From: Myxococcota bacterium
GTDB taxonomy: Bacteria > Myxococcota_A > UBA9160 > SZUA-336
Direction: 5' to 3'
Assembly: GCA_965247115.1 (NCBI GenBank)
Contig: CBDFGR010000003.1
Span: 2,080,001 to 2,144,000 of the forward strand
Length of the DNA: 64,000 bases
The notes beneath the pieces were generated by a model, which searched no databases, was not told the DNA's origin, and worked only from the letters and a program-made list of their open reading frames with translations. The position numbers and the translations under genes were made by a program. Shown here one piece after another: positions 9,567 through 25,171 of this stretch. Position 1 is the first letter of the stretch; each line of letters starts with the position of its first letter.

Positions 9567-12305
<2,739 letters not shown>

Positions 12306-12309
<4 letters not shown>

Positions 12310-13262
12310 CTCGACAGGCTGCGCAGCTCTCGACGCAGCAACACGAGGAACAGCGGTCCGCCAACGAGAGATGTCAAAGCGCCGACGGGAAGCTCGGTCG
12401 GGGCCAGGATCGTCCGCGCCAGCGTGTCTGCCAGCATCAGGAAGGCCGCACCAAACAGGGCGCAGGCCGGGACGAGCACGCGATGATCCGAGCCGACCAC
12501 GAGCCGCAGCAGGTGCGGCACGATCAAGCCCACGAAGCCAATCAGGCCCGAGACCGCGACGGAGGCCCCGATCATCAGCGCCGTCGCGAGCAGGATCCAG
12601 CGCCGCACCGTCTCCACCTCTACGCCCAGGTGCGCCGCCGTCTCATCGCCTTGTGCGAGCAGGTTGAGCGCGTACGAGTGGTACAGCCCGACCCCCAGTC
12701 CCAGCGACAGGAAGCCCGCCACAGCGCCGATCAGCCACGTATCAACCAGCCGGATCGACCCGATCAACCACAAGAAGACCCCGGCGACGCGGCTCAGATC
12801 AAGAGCGGTGGTGACGAAGACGATCAGCGACGAGGCAAAGGCGTTGAACACGATGCCTGTCAAGAGCAGGCTGTGTGAGGGCAAGGCGCCGCCGGAGCCT
12901 GCGACCGCCCACAGTAGGGCCGTCGCCGCGAGCGCTCCCAGGAATGCGATGAGCGGGACCGACATGCTCCCTACACCCACGCCCCAGCCGAGCCCGACCG
13001 CGACCACGCCCCCGAGGGCGGCGCCCCCGGAGATGCCGAGCACGTAAGGATCCGCCAGAGGATTCTGGAGCAGCGCCTGCAGCAGCGCGCCCGCCGTCGC
13101 CAGCCCCGCTCCGACCAGGGCCGCCAGCACCGCACGCGGTAGACGGATCTGCAGCACGATGTCTGTGGTCGCGTGCTCGGCCGAGCCGAGCCAGAGACTC
13201 GCGACGAGCGTCCCCGCGAGGAGCAGGCCGAGCGCGGGGAACAGCGCTCGCCGGCCTATCAC
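12306..13262 (-). CDS. FecCD/BtuC-family ABC permease
   Basis: IRLPR, NPLADPYVLGISGGA, IGFVGLIVPH, ELPVG; GTG overlaps the upstream stop. Confidence 0.9.
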
Positions 13263-14107
13263 GGAGCGCTGCGCGGCGTGGCGTGAAGCGCAGTCTGAAT
13301 CAACCTTGCCGCACTGCCGAGCTCGGCACCCGGCACCGTCACGACTCCGGTCGGGATCAGCTCCACGCGCCCGATCCACGCGAAGCGTGACCAGTACCGC
13401 TGTGCCTCGCTGTCATCATCGAGAGGAGGGTACGTCGTATCTACGAGCACGTCTGGCCGACGCTCGGCCAGAGTCTCCAGCGCGACCTGTGGATACGGGG
13501 CGTCGAGGTCCCCAAACACGTTCTCTCCGCCGGCAATCCCGATCAGCTCGGACACGAAGCTCCCGCCACCCACGATATAGAGCGGCTCACGGTTCACCAC
13601 CAGAGCAACGCTCGGGCGCACGCGCTCCCCCGCTGCAGCCGCGATCCTATCGAGCTCGGCCACGATCCGAGCCACGAGTGCCTCGCCCTCGGTCCCGCGC
13701 CCCACGAGCGTTGCGATCTTTCGAAAGCTCGCGAGAACTTCGGGAAGGGTGTGTGGATCAAACTCGTGAACCGCGACTCCCCGCGCACGCAGCTGCTCGA
13801 AGAACGGTCGCTGCTGCGCGCTCGCAACCCCGAGAACCAGCGTCGGTCGCAGCTCGATGCTCCGCTCGAGGTCGGGAGCAAACAAGCCACCGAGCGACGG
13901 TACCTCCTCGAGCCCTGGCAGCTCACGCGAGAACCGATCACTCCCGACGAGCGCATCGCCCACCCCCAACGCGACCAGTACCCCACTGATCGAAGGCGAG
14001 AGCGAAATCACCCGCAGCCCCTCCCCGCGAGCGACAGGGTCAGGAGCACAAGCCACCAAGAGCCATACCCCCACCAAGAGCCCTGCCGACGACCACCCGC
14101 AGAACAC
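13259..14107 (-). CDS. BtuF-like helical-backbone substrate-binding lipoprotein
   Basis: Start likely GTG 14107 after GAGGAGG; lipobox LLVAC; RVISLSPS, AGGENVF, YPQV. Confidence 0.85.
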   Translation of the reverse strand: MFCGWSSAGLLVGVWLLVACAPDPVARGEGLRVISLSPSISGVLVALGVGDALVGSDRFSRELPGLEEVPSLGGLFAPDLERSIELRPTLVLGVASAQQRPFFEQLRARGVAVHEFDPHTLPEVLASFRKIATLVGRGTEGEALVARIVAELDRIAAAAGERVRPSVALVVNREPLYIVGGGSFVSELIGIAGGENVFGDLDAPYPQVALETLAERRPDVLVDTTYPPLDDDSEAQRYWSRFAWIGRVELIPTGVVTVPGAELGSAARLIQTALHATPRSAP

Positions 14108-14135
14108 ACACCCTCCTCGGAGCAACGAACCAAGT

Positions 14136-14168
14136 AAGTTCAGATTAAGGACCGTCCCTAAGTTCGGA
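14136..14168 (+). repeat. Repeat family A (AAGGACCGTCCC core flanked by direct AAGTTCrGA repeats)
   Basis: AAGTTCAGATTAAGGACCGTCCCTAAGTTCGGA; matches copies at 18946, 19065 and 59799. Confidence 0.8.
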
Positions 14169-14176
14169 CGCAAGCC

Positions 14177-14301
14177 GGCAAGGAGTCGGAGGTCGGGGAA
14201 CATCCCCCGGAGGACTGTGGTAGCGGTGTCCGAGGCGACCCGGTCCCCTGTGAACGCGAGGAGCGGAGTCCGCCGGGGGATGTTCCCCGACCTCCGACGG
14301 C
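14177..14301. repeat. Palindromic repeat family B, long copy
   Basis: Perfect 26-bp inverted repeat 14185-14210 / 14273-14298; loop contains GTAGCGGTGTCCGAGGCG. Confidence 0.85.
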
Positions 14302-14313
14302 GGAGGGTCACAA

Positions 14314-14347
14314 GACGGACGGGGGAGGCGCCCCCCCCCGCCCGCCT
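14314..14347 (-). terminator. GC-rich hairpin immediately after the comEA stop
   Basis: Minus strand GGCGGGCGGGGGGGGG-CG-CCTCCCCCGTCCGTC followed by a weak T-tract (TTGT). Confidence 0.4.
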
Positions 14348-14355
14348 TTCCAGGC

Positions 14356-14703
14356 TCACTCGGCGAAAAGTCTCGCCGTGGTCTTTCCCTTGAGCGCGAT
14401 GTGGGATCGGATCCGTTCCAGGGCGCGTTCGCCAATCCCGGAGACCTGCGTGAGATCCTCGACCCGCTTGAAGCGTTCGTGCTCCTTGCGGTACTCGAGA
14501 ATCGCAGCCGCCCGGGCAGGTCCGATTCCGGGCAGCAGCTCCAGCTGCTCTGCGGACGCGGTGTTCACATTGACCACGCCAACCAGGCGCGTCTCCGGTG
14601 GGGCAGCACGCGGCTCCGCAGCAGCCGCAACTTCTAGAGAGAGCAATGAGAGAAAAACGGCCACCGCACCCGCGGCGACACCTCGTACGATCAGCTTGCG
14701 CAT
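14356..14703 (-). CDS. comEA: ComEA-family helix-hairpin-helix DNA-binding protein
   Basis: Signal peptide; VNVNTASAEQLELLPGIGPARA..VSGIG; start ATG 14703 after GAGGAGG. Confidence 0.88.
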   Translation of the reverse strand: MRKLIVRGVAAGAVAVFLSLLSLEVAAAAEPRAAPPETRLVGVVNVNTASAEQLELLPGIGPARAAAILEYRKEHERFKRVEDLTQVSGIGERALERIRSHIALKGKTTARLFAE

Positions 14704-14759
14704 CTGCGCATCCTCCTCGAGAGCTACGGGGTGAGGCGGGGGAAACGAACGAAGCTCGA

Positions 14760-15767
14760 TCAGCTGCGTCGGCGCACCACGAAGTACGTGAGCGCGAAGA
14801 GCGCCTGTTTCGCATCGCAGTCGACGAAGGACTCGATCCTGGCGCGCGCCTCCTCGGCGCACAGCTCGGCGCGCTGCAAAGTGGTCTCGACTCCCTTGTG
14901 CAGCTTGACGCACTCGGCGACTCGGTTGACGTCGTCACGATCCGCCGACTCGCCGGTCCGCGCACCCTCAGCGAAGGTCTTGAGCACAGACGCGATGAAG
15001 TCGCGCTCGGCGACCGTGCAGCGCTTGAGGGTGAGAAGCAGCGGCAAGGTAACCTTGCCTTCAGCGAGATCCGTGAGCGGAGCCTTGCCCAGCTGCTGCC
15101 CGTCGCCCGTGTAGTCCAGCGCGTCGTCGACAAGCTGGAAGGCGAGCCCGAGCTGCCAGCCGTAGTCTCGCAGAGCGCCACGTTCGGCGCGCGTGACTTT
15201 CCCGAGAATTGCACCAGACTCGCAACCGGTAGCGAGCAGCGTCGAGGTCTTGCGGCCGATGACATCGAGGTACGTCGACTCGCTCATCTCCGGATCGAAG
15301 CTGCGCGCCAGCTGAAGTACCTCGCCTTCTGCCATCGCGCGGATGGTCTCGGCGAAGCTCGACAGGATGTCCGCGTCGCCGTCCTCGACGAGCGTGCGAC
15401 AGGTATGTGCGTACATGAAGTCGCCGACGAGGATCGCGAGCCTGGCTCCGAAGCGAGCGTTGGCGCTCGGCTGCCCGCGGCGCGTCTCGGCTCCGTCGAC
15501 GACATCGTCGTGGAGCAGCGAGGCGCTATGCAGATACTCGGCGGCCAGCGCGATCTGTACGGCGCGAGGCCCCTGATACCCGCACAGTCCCGCCGAGAGC
15601 AGGACGAGCAGCGGGCGGATGCGTTTGCCGCCACTGGCGAAGGTATGCTCCGCCACCTCGGGAATGAGGGGCGCGACGGAACGCATCCCCTCGCGCATGG
15701 CGCGTTCGACCCGGGCGAGATCAGCTGTGAAGGGCGCGACGATGCGATCAATCTCGGAAGGGGGCAT
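14760..15767 (-). CDS. ispB: Polyprenyl diphosphate synthase (octaprenyl-type)
   Basis: GGKRIRP, LLHDDVVD..RRG, FQLVDDALD; start ATG 15767. Confidence 0.88.
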   Translation of the reverse strand: MPPSEIDRIVAPFTADLARVERAMREGMRSVAPLIPEVAEHTFASGGKRIRPLLVLLSAGLCGYQGPRAVQIALAAEYLHSASLLHDDVVDGAETRRGQPSANARFGARLAILVGDFMYAHTCRTLVEDGDADILSSFAETIRAMAEGEVLQLARSFDPEMSESTYLDVIGRKTSTLLATGCESGAILGKVTRAERGALRDYGWQLGLAFQLVDDALDYTGDGQQLGKAPLTDLAEGKVTLPLLLTLKRCTVAERDFIASVLKTFAEGARTGESADRDDVNRVAECVKLHKGVETTLQRAELCAEEARARIESFVDCDAKQALFALTYFVVRRRS

Positions 15768-15917
15768 CAACTCTCTTCGGGCTTCGAGGCGAGCGCGACG
15801 TACTTTACCCTCGACGCCCGCGCATGTCAAAACGAGTCTCTGAGCTTTGCGCAGTGAAATCAGATAGTTACCAGAAGGCAACAGAGTCCCCGATGTCCGC
15901 GCACGTACCCGTCTTCC

Positions 15918-15945
15918 TCAAGTTGACCGTCGCTAGAGCCGATGT
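15918..15945 (+). promoter_or_regulatory. Sigma28/FliA-like promoter
   Basis: TCAAG-N15-GCCGATGT about 8 nt upstream of ATG 15953. Confidence 0.4.
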
Positions 15946-15952
15946 ACAACCG

Positions 15953-16534
15953 ATGCGGCGCGGGAAGAGCGACGAGGTCGACGAGCAGCTCAACGAGCTC
16001 GACCAGAACATCAAGCGACTCCGCATCGAGTACGACCAGTACTTCATGGGAACCATGAAGCGTCCTCCGCAGGTCCTGCAAGGTAAGGTCCAGAAGACGG
16101 TGGCGTTCTTCTCGAACAAGATGCCCAGAAACACCGCGCAGAAGTTCCGCTTCAACCAGCTGAACTCCAAGTACCAGATGTACCGCCAACACTGGGGGCG
16201 TGTCATGCGACAGGTTGAAGCGGGAACGTACAAGGCGCACCGCTTCAAGGCGGCGCTCCACGATCGAGATCGCTTCGAGGGCGAGGCACACACTCCGATG
16301 GGGACGGTGGCCGTTCCGCAGGGCAGCTCGCCCGTCGACAAGCTCTGCGATGCCTTGACCTCCGCGCGCGCGAAGACCGGCGAGCAGGCGGGCATCAATC
16401 GCGGCAAGGTCGCCCAGATGGTCAAGCAGCAGACCGCCAGCATCCGCAAGAAACACCCCGGAGCCAAGATCCGCTTCCGTGTCGTTATCGAGGACAACCG
16501 GGCAAAGTTGAAGGCCAGCGTCAGCAGGTCCTGA
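15953..16534 (+). CDS. MXAN_5187 C-terminal-domain-like protein
   Basis: LRIEYDQYFMG..KRPP..NTAQKFRF..YRQHWGR..EAG and FRVVIEDNRAKLKA pattern recalled from this family; start uncertain. Confidence 0.65.
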   Translation: MRRGKSDEVDEQLNELDQNIKRLRIEYDQYFMGTMKRPPQVLQGKVQKTVAFFSNKMPRNTAQKFRFNQLNSKYQMYRQHWGRVMRQVEAGTYKAHRFKAALHDRDRFEGEAHTPMGTVAVPQGSSPVDKLCDALTSARAKTGEQAGINRGKVAQMVKQQTASIRKKHPGAKIRFRVVIEDNRAKLKASVSRS

Positions 16535-16553
16535 CTGGTACTGTGAACACCCC

Positions 16554-17708
16554 ATGCGGGTGGCGCTCGTTCACGACTGGCTGACGGGACTGCGGGGCGG
16601 CGAGAAGCTCCTCGACGGCCTGGCCAGCCTCTTCCCCGAGGCCGATCTGTACACGCTGGTTCACGTTCCGGGCTCAACCACCGAGAGGATCGAGCGGCTG
16701 CGAATTCGCGCGAGCCCGCTCTCTCGCCTCCCGGGCGTCGCCCGCCACTACCGAAAGCTGCTGCCCCTGTTTCCAGCAACGATCGAGCACTTCCATCTCA
16801 AGGGCTACGACCTGGTGCTCTCCAACAGCCACTCCTTTGCCAAAGGAGTGCGGGTGGCCCCGGGTACACCGCATGTCTGTTCCTGCATGACGCCCATCCG
16901 CTACGCGTGGGACCACATCGACACATACCTGGGTAGGGGAGTGAGACGGGCGCTAGCCACTCCGCTCGTGGAGTACCTGCGCCGCTGGGACAAACGCACC
17001 AGCACGCAGGAGCGGGTCACGAGCTTCGTGGCCATCTCGAAGGCGGTGGCCGAGCGGATTCGACGCCACTACGGTCGGGACTCGCTCGTCGTCCACCCCT
17101 GGGCCGATACGGAGCGCTACGCTCCGAGCGGAGAGAAGCCGGAAGACTTCTACCTCCTCGTCGGAGGCTTCGCTCCCTACAAGAACGAGCAGCTCGCCGT
17201 CGAGGCGTTTCGTCGGCTCGGCCGCTCACTGATCGTGGCGGGAGACGGGCCTCGACGTCAGGCAATCGAGGCAACCGCGCCCGAGAACGTGCGCTTCCTC
17301 GGCCGTGTCTCCGACGCCCGACTGGCCGAGCTCTATGCGAGCTGCCGAGCCCTGATTCACCCCCAGGAAGAAGACTTCGGCATCATCGCCATCGAAGCCA
17401 TGGCCGCAGGTCGGCCGGTGATCGCCCTCGCCGCGGGCGGAGCGCTGGAGACCGTCGTGGACGTCCGCACTGCGGCCAGCCCGACGGGGCTGCTCTTCGA
17501 GCGGCAGGATCCGGACTGCCTGGTCGAAGCGGTGCTGGAGTTCGAAGCGATTCAGGGCGGCTTCGACCCCGCGGCAATCCGCCGCCACGCCACCCGGTTC
17601 TCGCTGCCCCGATTCCAGCGCGAGTTCGTCGCCGCGCTCGAGCGCAGCGTGGGCCCGCTTCCTGTTCTCCACGAGCGGCTCGACGCGATCAACCGGTCCG
17701 ATGCCTGA
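16554..17708 (+). CDS. Glycosyltransferase family 4
   Basis: MRVALVHDWLTGLRGGE, EEDFGIIAIEAMAAGRPV. Confidence 0.9.
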   Translation: MRVALVHDWLTGLRGGEKLLDGLASLFPEADLYTLVHVPGSTTERIERLRIRASPLSRLPGVARHYRKLLPLFPATIEHFHLKGYDLVLSNSHSFAKGVRVAPGTPHVCSCMTPIRYAWDHIDTYLGRGVRRALATPLVEYLRRWDKRTSTQERVTSFVAISKAVAERIRRHYGRDSLVVHPWADTERYAPSGEKPEDFYLLVGGFAPYKNEQLAVEAFRRLGRSLIVAGDGPRRQAIEATAPENVRFLGRVSDARLAELYASCRALIHPQEEDFGIIAIEAMAAGRPVIALAAGGALETVVDVRTAASPTGLLFERQDPDCLVEAVLEFEAIQGGFDPAAIRRHATRFSLPRFQREFVAALERSVGPLPVLHERLDAINRSDA

Positions 17709-18804
17709 ACGTGAGCCCATCCCCTTGCTCGACCTCCGCCCGGAGATCGAGCAGCTCCAGCCCGAGCTCCGGGCCGCCATCGACCGGGTCGTGCGTTCGG
17801 GCCGCTTCATCCTCGGCCCGGAGGTAGAGGCCTTCGAGCGAGAGATCTCTCGCTACCTCGGCGTCGCTCACGCCGTTACTCTGAACTCCGGTACAGACGC
17901 GCTCATCATCGGCCTGCGCGCCCTCGGCGTCCGCCCTGGCGACGAGGTCATCACCACCTCCTTCAGCTTCTTCGCCAGCGCGGAGGCCATCAGCCACCTC
18001 GGCGCGACTCCCGTCTTCGCCGACATCGACCCGAGAAGCTTCAACCTCGACCCGGCTTCTGTAGAAGCACGGCTCTCGAGCAGAACGAGGGTCATCCTCC
18101 CCGTCCACCTCTTTGGGCAACCCGCAAACATGACGGAGCTGGCGCGCCTCGCGCAGCACCACGACCTGCCCCTGCTCGAGGATGCAGCTCAGGCCATCGG
18201 GGCCGAGTACGCAGGTGAGAAGATAGGCACGCTGGGCACGGCGGCGGCCTTCTCCTTCTATCCGTCGAAGAATCTCGGCGCCTTTGGCGACGGCGGCCTA
18301 CTGGCCACCGGAAGTGCAAAGGTGGCCGACGAGGCCCGCAGCCTCCGCGACCACGGCGCGACCGGTCCCTACGTTCACGACAGACTCGGCTACGCCTCCC
18401 GCCTCGACGAGCTTCAAGCAGCCATCCTGCGAGTCAAGCTCCCACACCTCGACGCTTGGAACACGGCGCGCCGTCACGTCGCGGACACCTACCGCAAGCA
18501 CCTGGCAGCGGTCGACGTAGCCACTCCCGCAGAGCTCCCCCCCGCACATCACATCTACCACCAGTTCACGCTCCGCATCCCCGCCAACAAACGCGACGCC
18601 GCAAAGGAAGCGCTCGCGGCCGAAGGAATCGCGAGCGCGATCTACTACCCGGTCCCTCTACACCAAATGCCCGTATACGGTACCCCCGAGGTTGTCTTGC
18701 CCGAATCCGAAAGAGCCGCGACCGAAGTCCTGAGCCTCCCGATCTGGCCATCCCTCGACTCCCCCCGCATCGAACACATCGCCACCACCCTCAAGAGGGT
18801 CTAG
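17701..18804 (+). CDS. DegT/DnrJ/EryC1/StrS sugar aminotransferase
   Basis: NSGTDAL, PVHLFG, EDAAQA, SFYPSKNLGAFGDGG. Confidence 0.92.
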   Translation: MPEREPIPLLDLRPEIEQLQPELRAAIDRVVRSGRFILGPEVEAFEREISRYLGVAHAVTLNSGTDALIIGLRALGVRPGDEVITTSFSFFASAEAISHLGATPVFADIDPRSFNLDPASVEARLSSRTRVILPVHLFGQPANMTELARLAQHHDLPLLEDAAQAIGAEYAGEKIGTLGTAAAFSFYPSKNLGAFGDGGLLATGSAKVADEARSLRDHGATGPYVHDRLGYASRLDELQAAILRVKLPHLDAWNTARRHVADTYRKHLAAVDVATPAELPPAHHIYHQFTLRIPANKRDAAKEALAAEGIASAIYYPVPLHQMPVYGTPEVVLPESERAATEVLSLPIWPSLDSPRIEHIATTLKRV

Positions 18805-18807
18805 TCT

Positions 18808-18900
18808 TGTGGGACCCGGCCGCGGGCGTCCGCGGCCACCCACCTTCGCTCAGGCCCAGGGCCTTCGCTGCGCGCGCCGCGTTCCGCGGCGCTTGCATGG
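18808..18900 (+). repeat. Repeat family C (multi-hairpin, CTTCGCTCAGGCC-NNN-GGCCTTCGCTGCGCG core)
   Basis: Homologous to copies at 26871, 26984, 28530 and 59691. Confidence 0.85.
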
Positions 18901-18945
18901 TTGCCAAGCCCCGTAGGAGGTTGCCGGTTCTCCACGGAATCCGAA

Positions 18946-19091
18946 CTTGGGGACGGTCCTTAGTCCGAACTTGTTTGGCCGATGTCGGAACTTCTGGTCA
19001 CTCTGGCGGGACTCTTGGGCACATTCGTTGATCTAGGCGTCGCCGCGGTCGTCTCACACGGAATAAGTTCGGATTAAGGACCGTCCCCAAG
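18946..19091. repeat. Inverted pair of family A repeats (MITE/REPIN-like, 27-bp arms)
   Basis: 18946-18972 is the reverse complement of 19065-19091 with one mismatch. Confidence 0.85.
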
Positions 19092-19119
19092 ACAAGTTTG
19101 GCCGACTCGAGGCTCATCC

Positions 19120-19241
19120 GGCAGGGAGTCGGGGGTCGGGAACGTCCCCCTCCGGACCGTGTAGCGGTGTTGGAGGCGTGCTCAATGCGGGCACAGCTGA
19201 GTAGCGAGGGCCGGAGGGGGACGTTCCCGACCCCCGACGGC
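19120..19241. repeat. Palindromic repeat family B, long copy
   Basis: Perfect 28-bp inverted repeat 19128-19155 / 19211-19238; loop contains GTAGCGGTGTTGGAGGCG. Confidence 0.85.
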
Positions 19242-19256
19242 GCCGCCTAGCGCCCC

Positions 19257-19511
19257 CTAGACTGGCTCCGCCGCACCGACCAGGACGGTCACGCGCTCGC
19301 CCGTCACCTCCGCGAAGCCCTCCGAGATGTTCAGCCGCGAAACCTCTCCAGCAGCAACGTACTCGAGCAGCCCCGGCTGAAGAGATGTCAGGAAGCGCTC
19401 GTGCGCGGGCAGCACTCCGAACTCGCCGACCTCGCCAGGAAGCAGCACGCTGTCGACCTCCAGGTCCGCAAAGGGCTCGGCCGGTGTCACGATGCTGAGC
19501 TGGATCGGCAC
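19257..19511 (-). CDS. atpC: ATP synthase epsilon subunit (short, N-terminal domain only)
   Basis: LSIVTP, PGEVGEFGVLPAH, EGFAEV; lies after atpD. Confidence 0.9.
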   Translation of the reverse strand: MPIQLSIVTPAEPFADLEVDSVLLPGEVGEFGVLPAHERFLTSLQPGLLEYVAAGEVSRLNISEGFAEVTGERVTVLVGAAEPV

Positions 19512-19512
19512 G

Positions 19513-21800
<2,288 letters not shown>

Positions 21801-21806
21801 GTGACG

Positions 21807-23345
<1,539 letters not shown>

Positions 23346-23352
23346 CGTTCCC

Positions 23353-23898
23353 CTAGCCCTTTCTCAGATTGTTCCCGAGCGACTCGAGCTGCGTGCGCAC
23401 GCTCCCATCGAGCAGCAGGTCTCCGATTCGCGTCACGATCCCGCCGATCAGGCTGGGATCCACACGTGTGTCGAGCGTCACCTCCGCGTTCACGCGGCGT
23501 GCTAACGCCTGGCGGAGCTGCTCCAGCTCAGCCTCCTCCAGCGGGCGGGCGGACGTGACTTCTGCAATCTGGCGCCCTGCAGCCTCGTCCACGAGCCGCT
23601 GCAGGGTGTCGCGGATCGCTTCGAGGTGGACCGTACGATTCTCGTCGACCAGCAGCATGGCGAAGGCGCGTGTCTCCCGCGACAGCTCTAGCTTCTCACA
23701 CAGCTCCCCGATCACCCCGCGCCGCTCCCCGCGCGGGTGGATGGGTGTAAACAGTACGTGCCTGAGGTCGGGGCTCTCCACGATCTGCACGGTGAGCGCG
23801 TTGAACTCCTCCAGGAGCGTCGTCGCCCCGGCGAGGTCCTCGGCCAGGCCGAACAAGGCGCGCGCCCAGCGTTGCGCGATCGCTGAGCCGCGCCTCAC
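23353..23898 (-). CDS. atpH: ATP synthase delta subunit
   Basis: [19 protein letters not shown]. Confidence 0.95.
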   Translation of the reverse strand: MRRGSAIAQRWARALFGLAEDLAGATTLLEEFNALTVQIVESPDLRHVLFTPIHPRGERRGVIGELCEKLELSRETRAFAMLLVDENRTVHLEAIRDTLQRLVDEAAGRQIAEVTSARPLEEAELEQLRQALARRVNAEVTLDTRVDPSLIGGIVTRIGDLLLDGSVRTQLESLGNNLRKG

Positions 23899-24470
23899 GA
23901 CGAGGGGCCCTCGACGCGCTGGACGAAGTCGCGCAACAGACGCTGATCGTCTTCCGCGGTAAGCCGTTCCCGGAGGATCTCGCTGGCAATGCGCGTGGCG
24001 AGTGCGGCCGCCTCATTGCGTAGCGCCTCTCGGGCCCGGAGGATCTCGTTGTCGGCGACGCGGCGTCCCTCCTCGCGAATTCGCTCGGCGCCCTGGCGTG
24101 CGCGCTCCATCGTTCGCTCGCGTTCGGTCTGCGCTTGCAGGGCGACCTGTGCAAGCAGGTCGGCGGACTCGGCTTCGAATCCGGCGAGCCGCTCTCTCAG
24201 CTCTGCGAGCTCCGCTTCGGCCTCGAGCAGCCTCGATTCGGAGTCGCGGATCTGCGTGCGGATTCCCTGACTCCGCTCCCGTAGCGCCTTTGAGATCGGT
24301 CCTCCAGCAAACCGGTAGAGCACGTAGCCGAGCACGACGACGTTGAGAATCTGCACGGCCAGGTGGAACCAATTCGGCCCGGAATGTGCCGCTCCTTCTT
24401 CGGCGGCCAGGAGCTCGGGCGCGTACAGCACCAGACAGAGCCCAAGCGCGAGGCGGAGCCAGCGCGTCAA
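23895..24470 (-). CDS. atpF: ATP synthase Fo subunit b
   Basis: TM segment QILNVVVL plus coiled coil; operon position. Confidence 0.9.
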   Translation of the reverse strand: MTRWLRLALGLCLVLYAPELLAAEEGAAHSGPNWFHLAVQILNVVVLGYVLYRFAGGPISKALRERSQGIRTQIRDSESRLLEAEAELAELRERLAGFEAESADLLAQVALQAQTERERTMERARQGAERIREEGRRVADNEILRAREALRNEAAALATRIASEILRERLTAEDDQRLLRDFVQRVEGPSS

Positions 24471-24985
24471 AGAGTCCGACCCAGGATCTTGGCGGCCGCG
24501 CTGTCCGCGAGCGTGTGCGCCTCGTCCGCGAGAGTGGAGCGGGCCGACTCGAGCTCGCCTGCAAGCGTCTCCCGAACCTCTGCGACGCCGGCAGCCGCCG
24601 CCGCCCGCGCTGCGTCGATCAGGCTCTTCTGCTCCGTCTCGGTCTCACCGAGCATGCGGACGCGCTGCGATTGCGCTTCGGCGCGGGCCTGCGCCAGCCG
24701 CTCCTCGACGTCCGAGCGGCGAGCGAGAGCTTCCTCGCGAATCTCCGAGGCGCGTCTTGCGGTCCCTTCAACGGCCTCGATCCGCTCTCGCAGCACCCCC
24801 AGGAGCGGTTGCAGAAGGAAGCGATTCGTCGGGTAAATGAGAGCCGCAAAGATGACCACGTTCAAGGCAGTGATCCAGAGCTCCGGCTCCAGGTTCAGCG
24901 CAGCCGCCGCTCCCGCGATGCGTGGCACCGCTAGAGCTCCGAACATGACGCCGATGATCAGCGAAGCGCGCTCTCTGCCCCGCAC
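24467..24985 (-). CDS. ATP synthase Fo subunit b'
   Basis: TM segment, FLLQPLLGVLRER, ends KILGRTL; start probably GTG 24985. Confidence 0.85.
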   Translation of the reverse strand: MRGRERASLIIGVMFGALAVPRIAGAAAALNLEPELWITALNVVIFAALIYPTNRFLLQPLLGVLRERIEAVEGTARRASEIREEALARRSDVEERLAQARAEAQSQRVRMLGETETEQKSLIDAARAAAAAGVAEVRETLAGELESARSTLADEAHTLADSAAAKILGRTL

Positions 24986-25171
24986 CCTGAACTCTCTCCG
25001 TTTGGCGCGTTGATGACGTTTGGCGCCGTAATGATTACTGGGAGAAGGACTTTGGCGCGGTACTCCAGCGAAGCGGCGCCACTGTGCCTGCTGCACTCTC
25101 GACGGTAGAGGGCGCCGTCGGGCGCAGCTGAGCCCCCGTTCCGGCGGAGTATGGCAAAGCGTTTCTCAAAA

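Noticed and set aside
14108..14355. Cobalamin riboswitch upstream of the BtuF/C/D-like genes
   Set aside because: No B12-box or GCAACTGT/GGGAAG core on the minus strand; the structure is a dispersed repeat also found at unrelated loci
13259..15265. 668-aa ORF read as one long fusion
   Set aside because: The upstream part overlaps comEA, ispB and repeats in a shadow frame; only 13259-14107 has SBP motifs plus an RBS
18456..19031. 191-aa ORF as a transposase or cargo of the repeat mosaic
   Set aside because: Off-frame overlap with DegT, low complexity, and no HUH or DDE motifs
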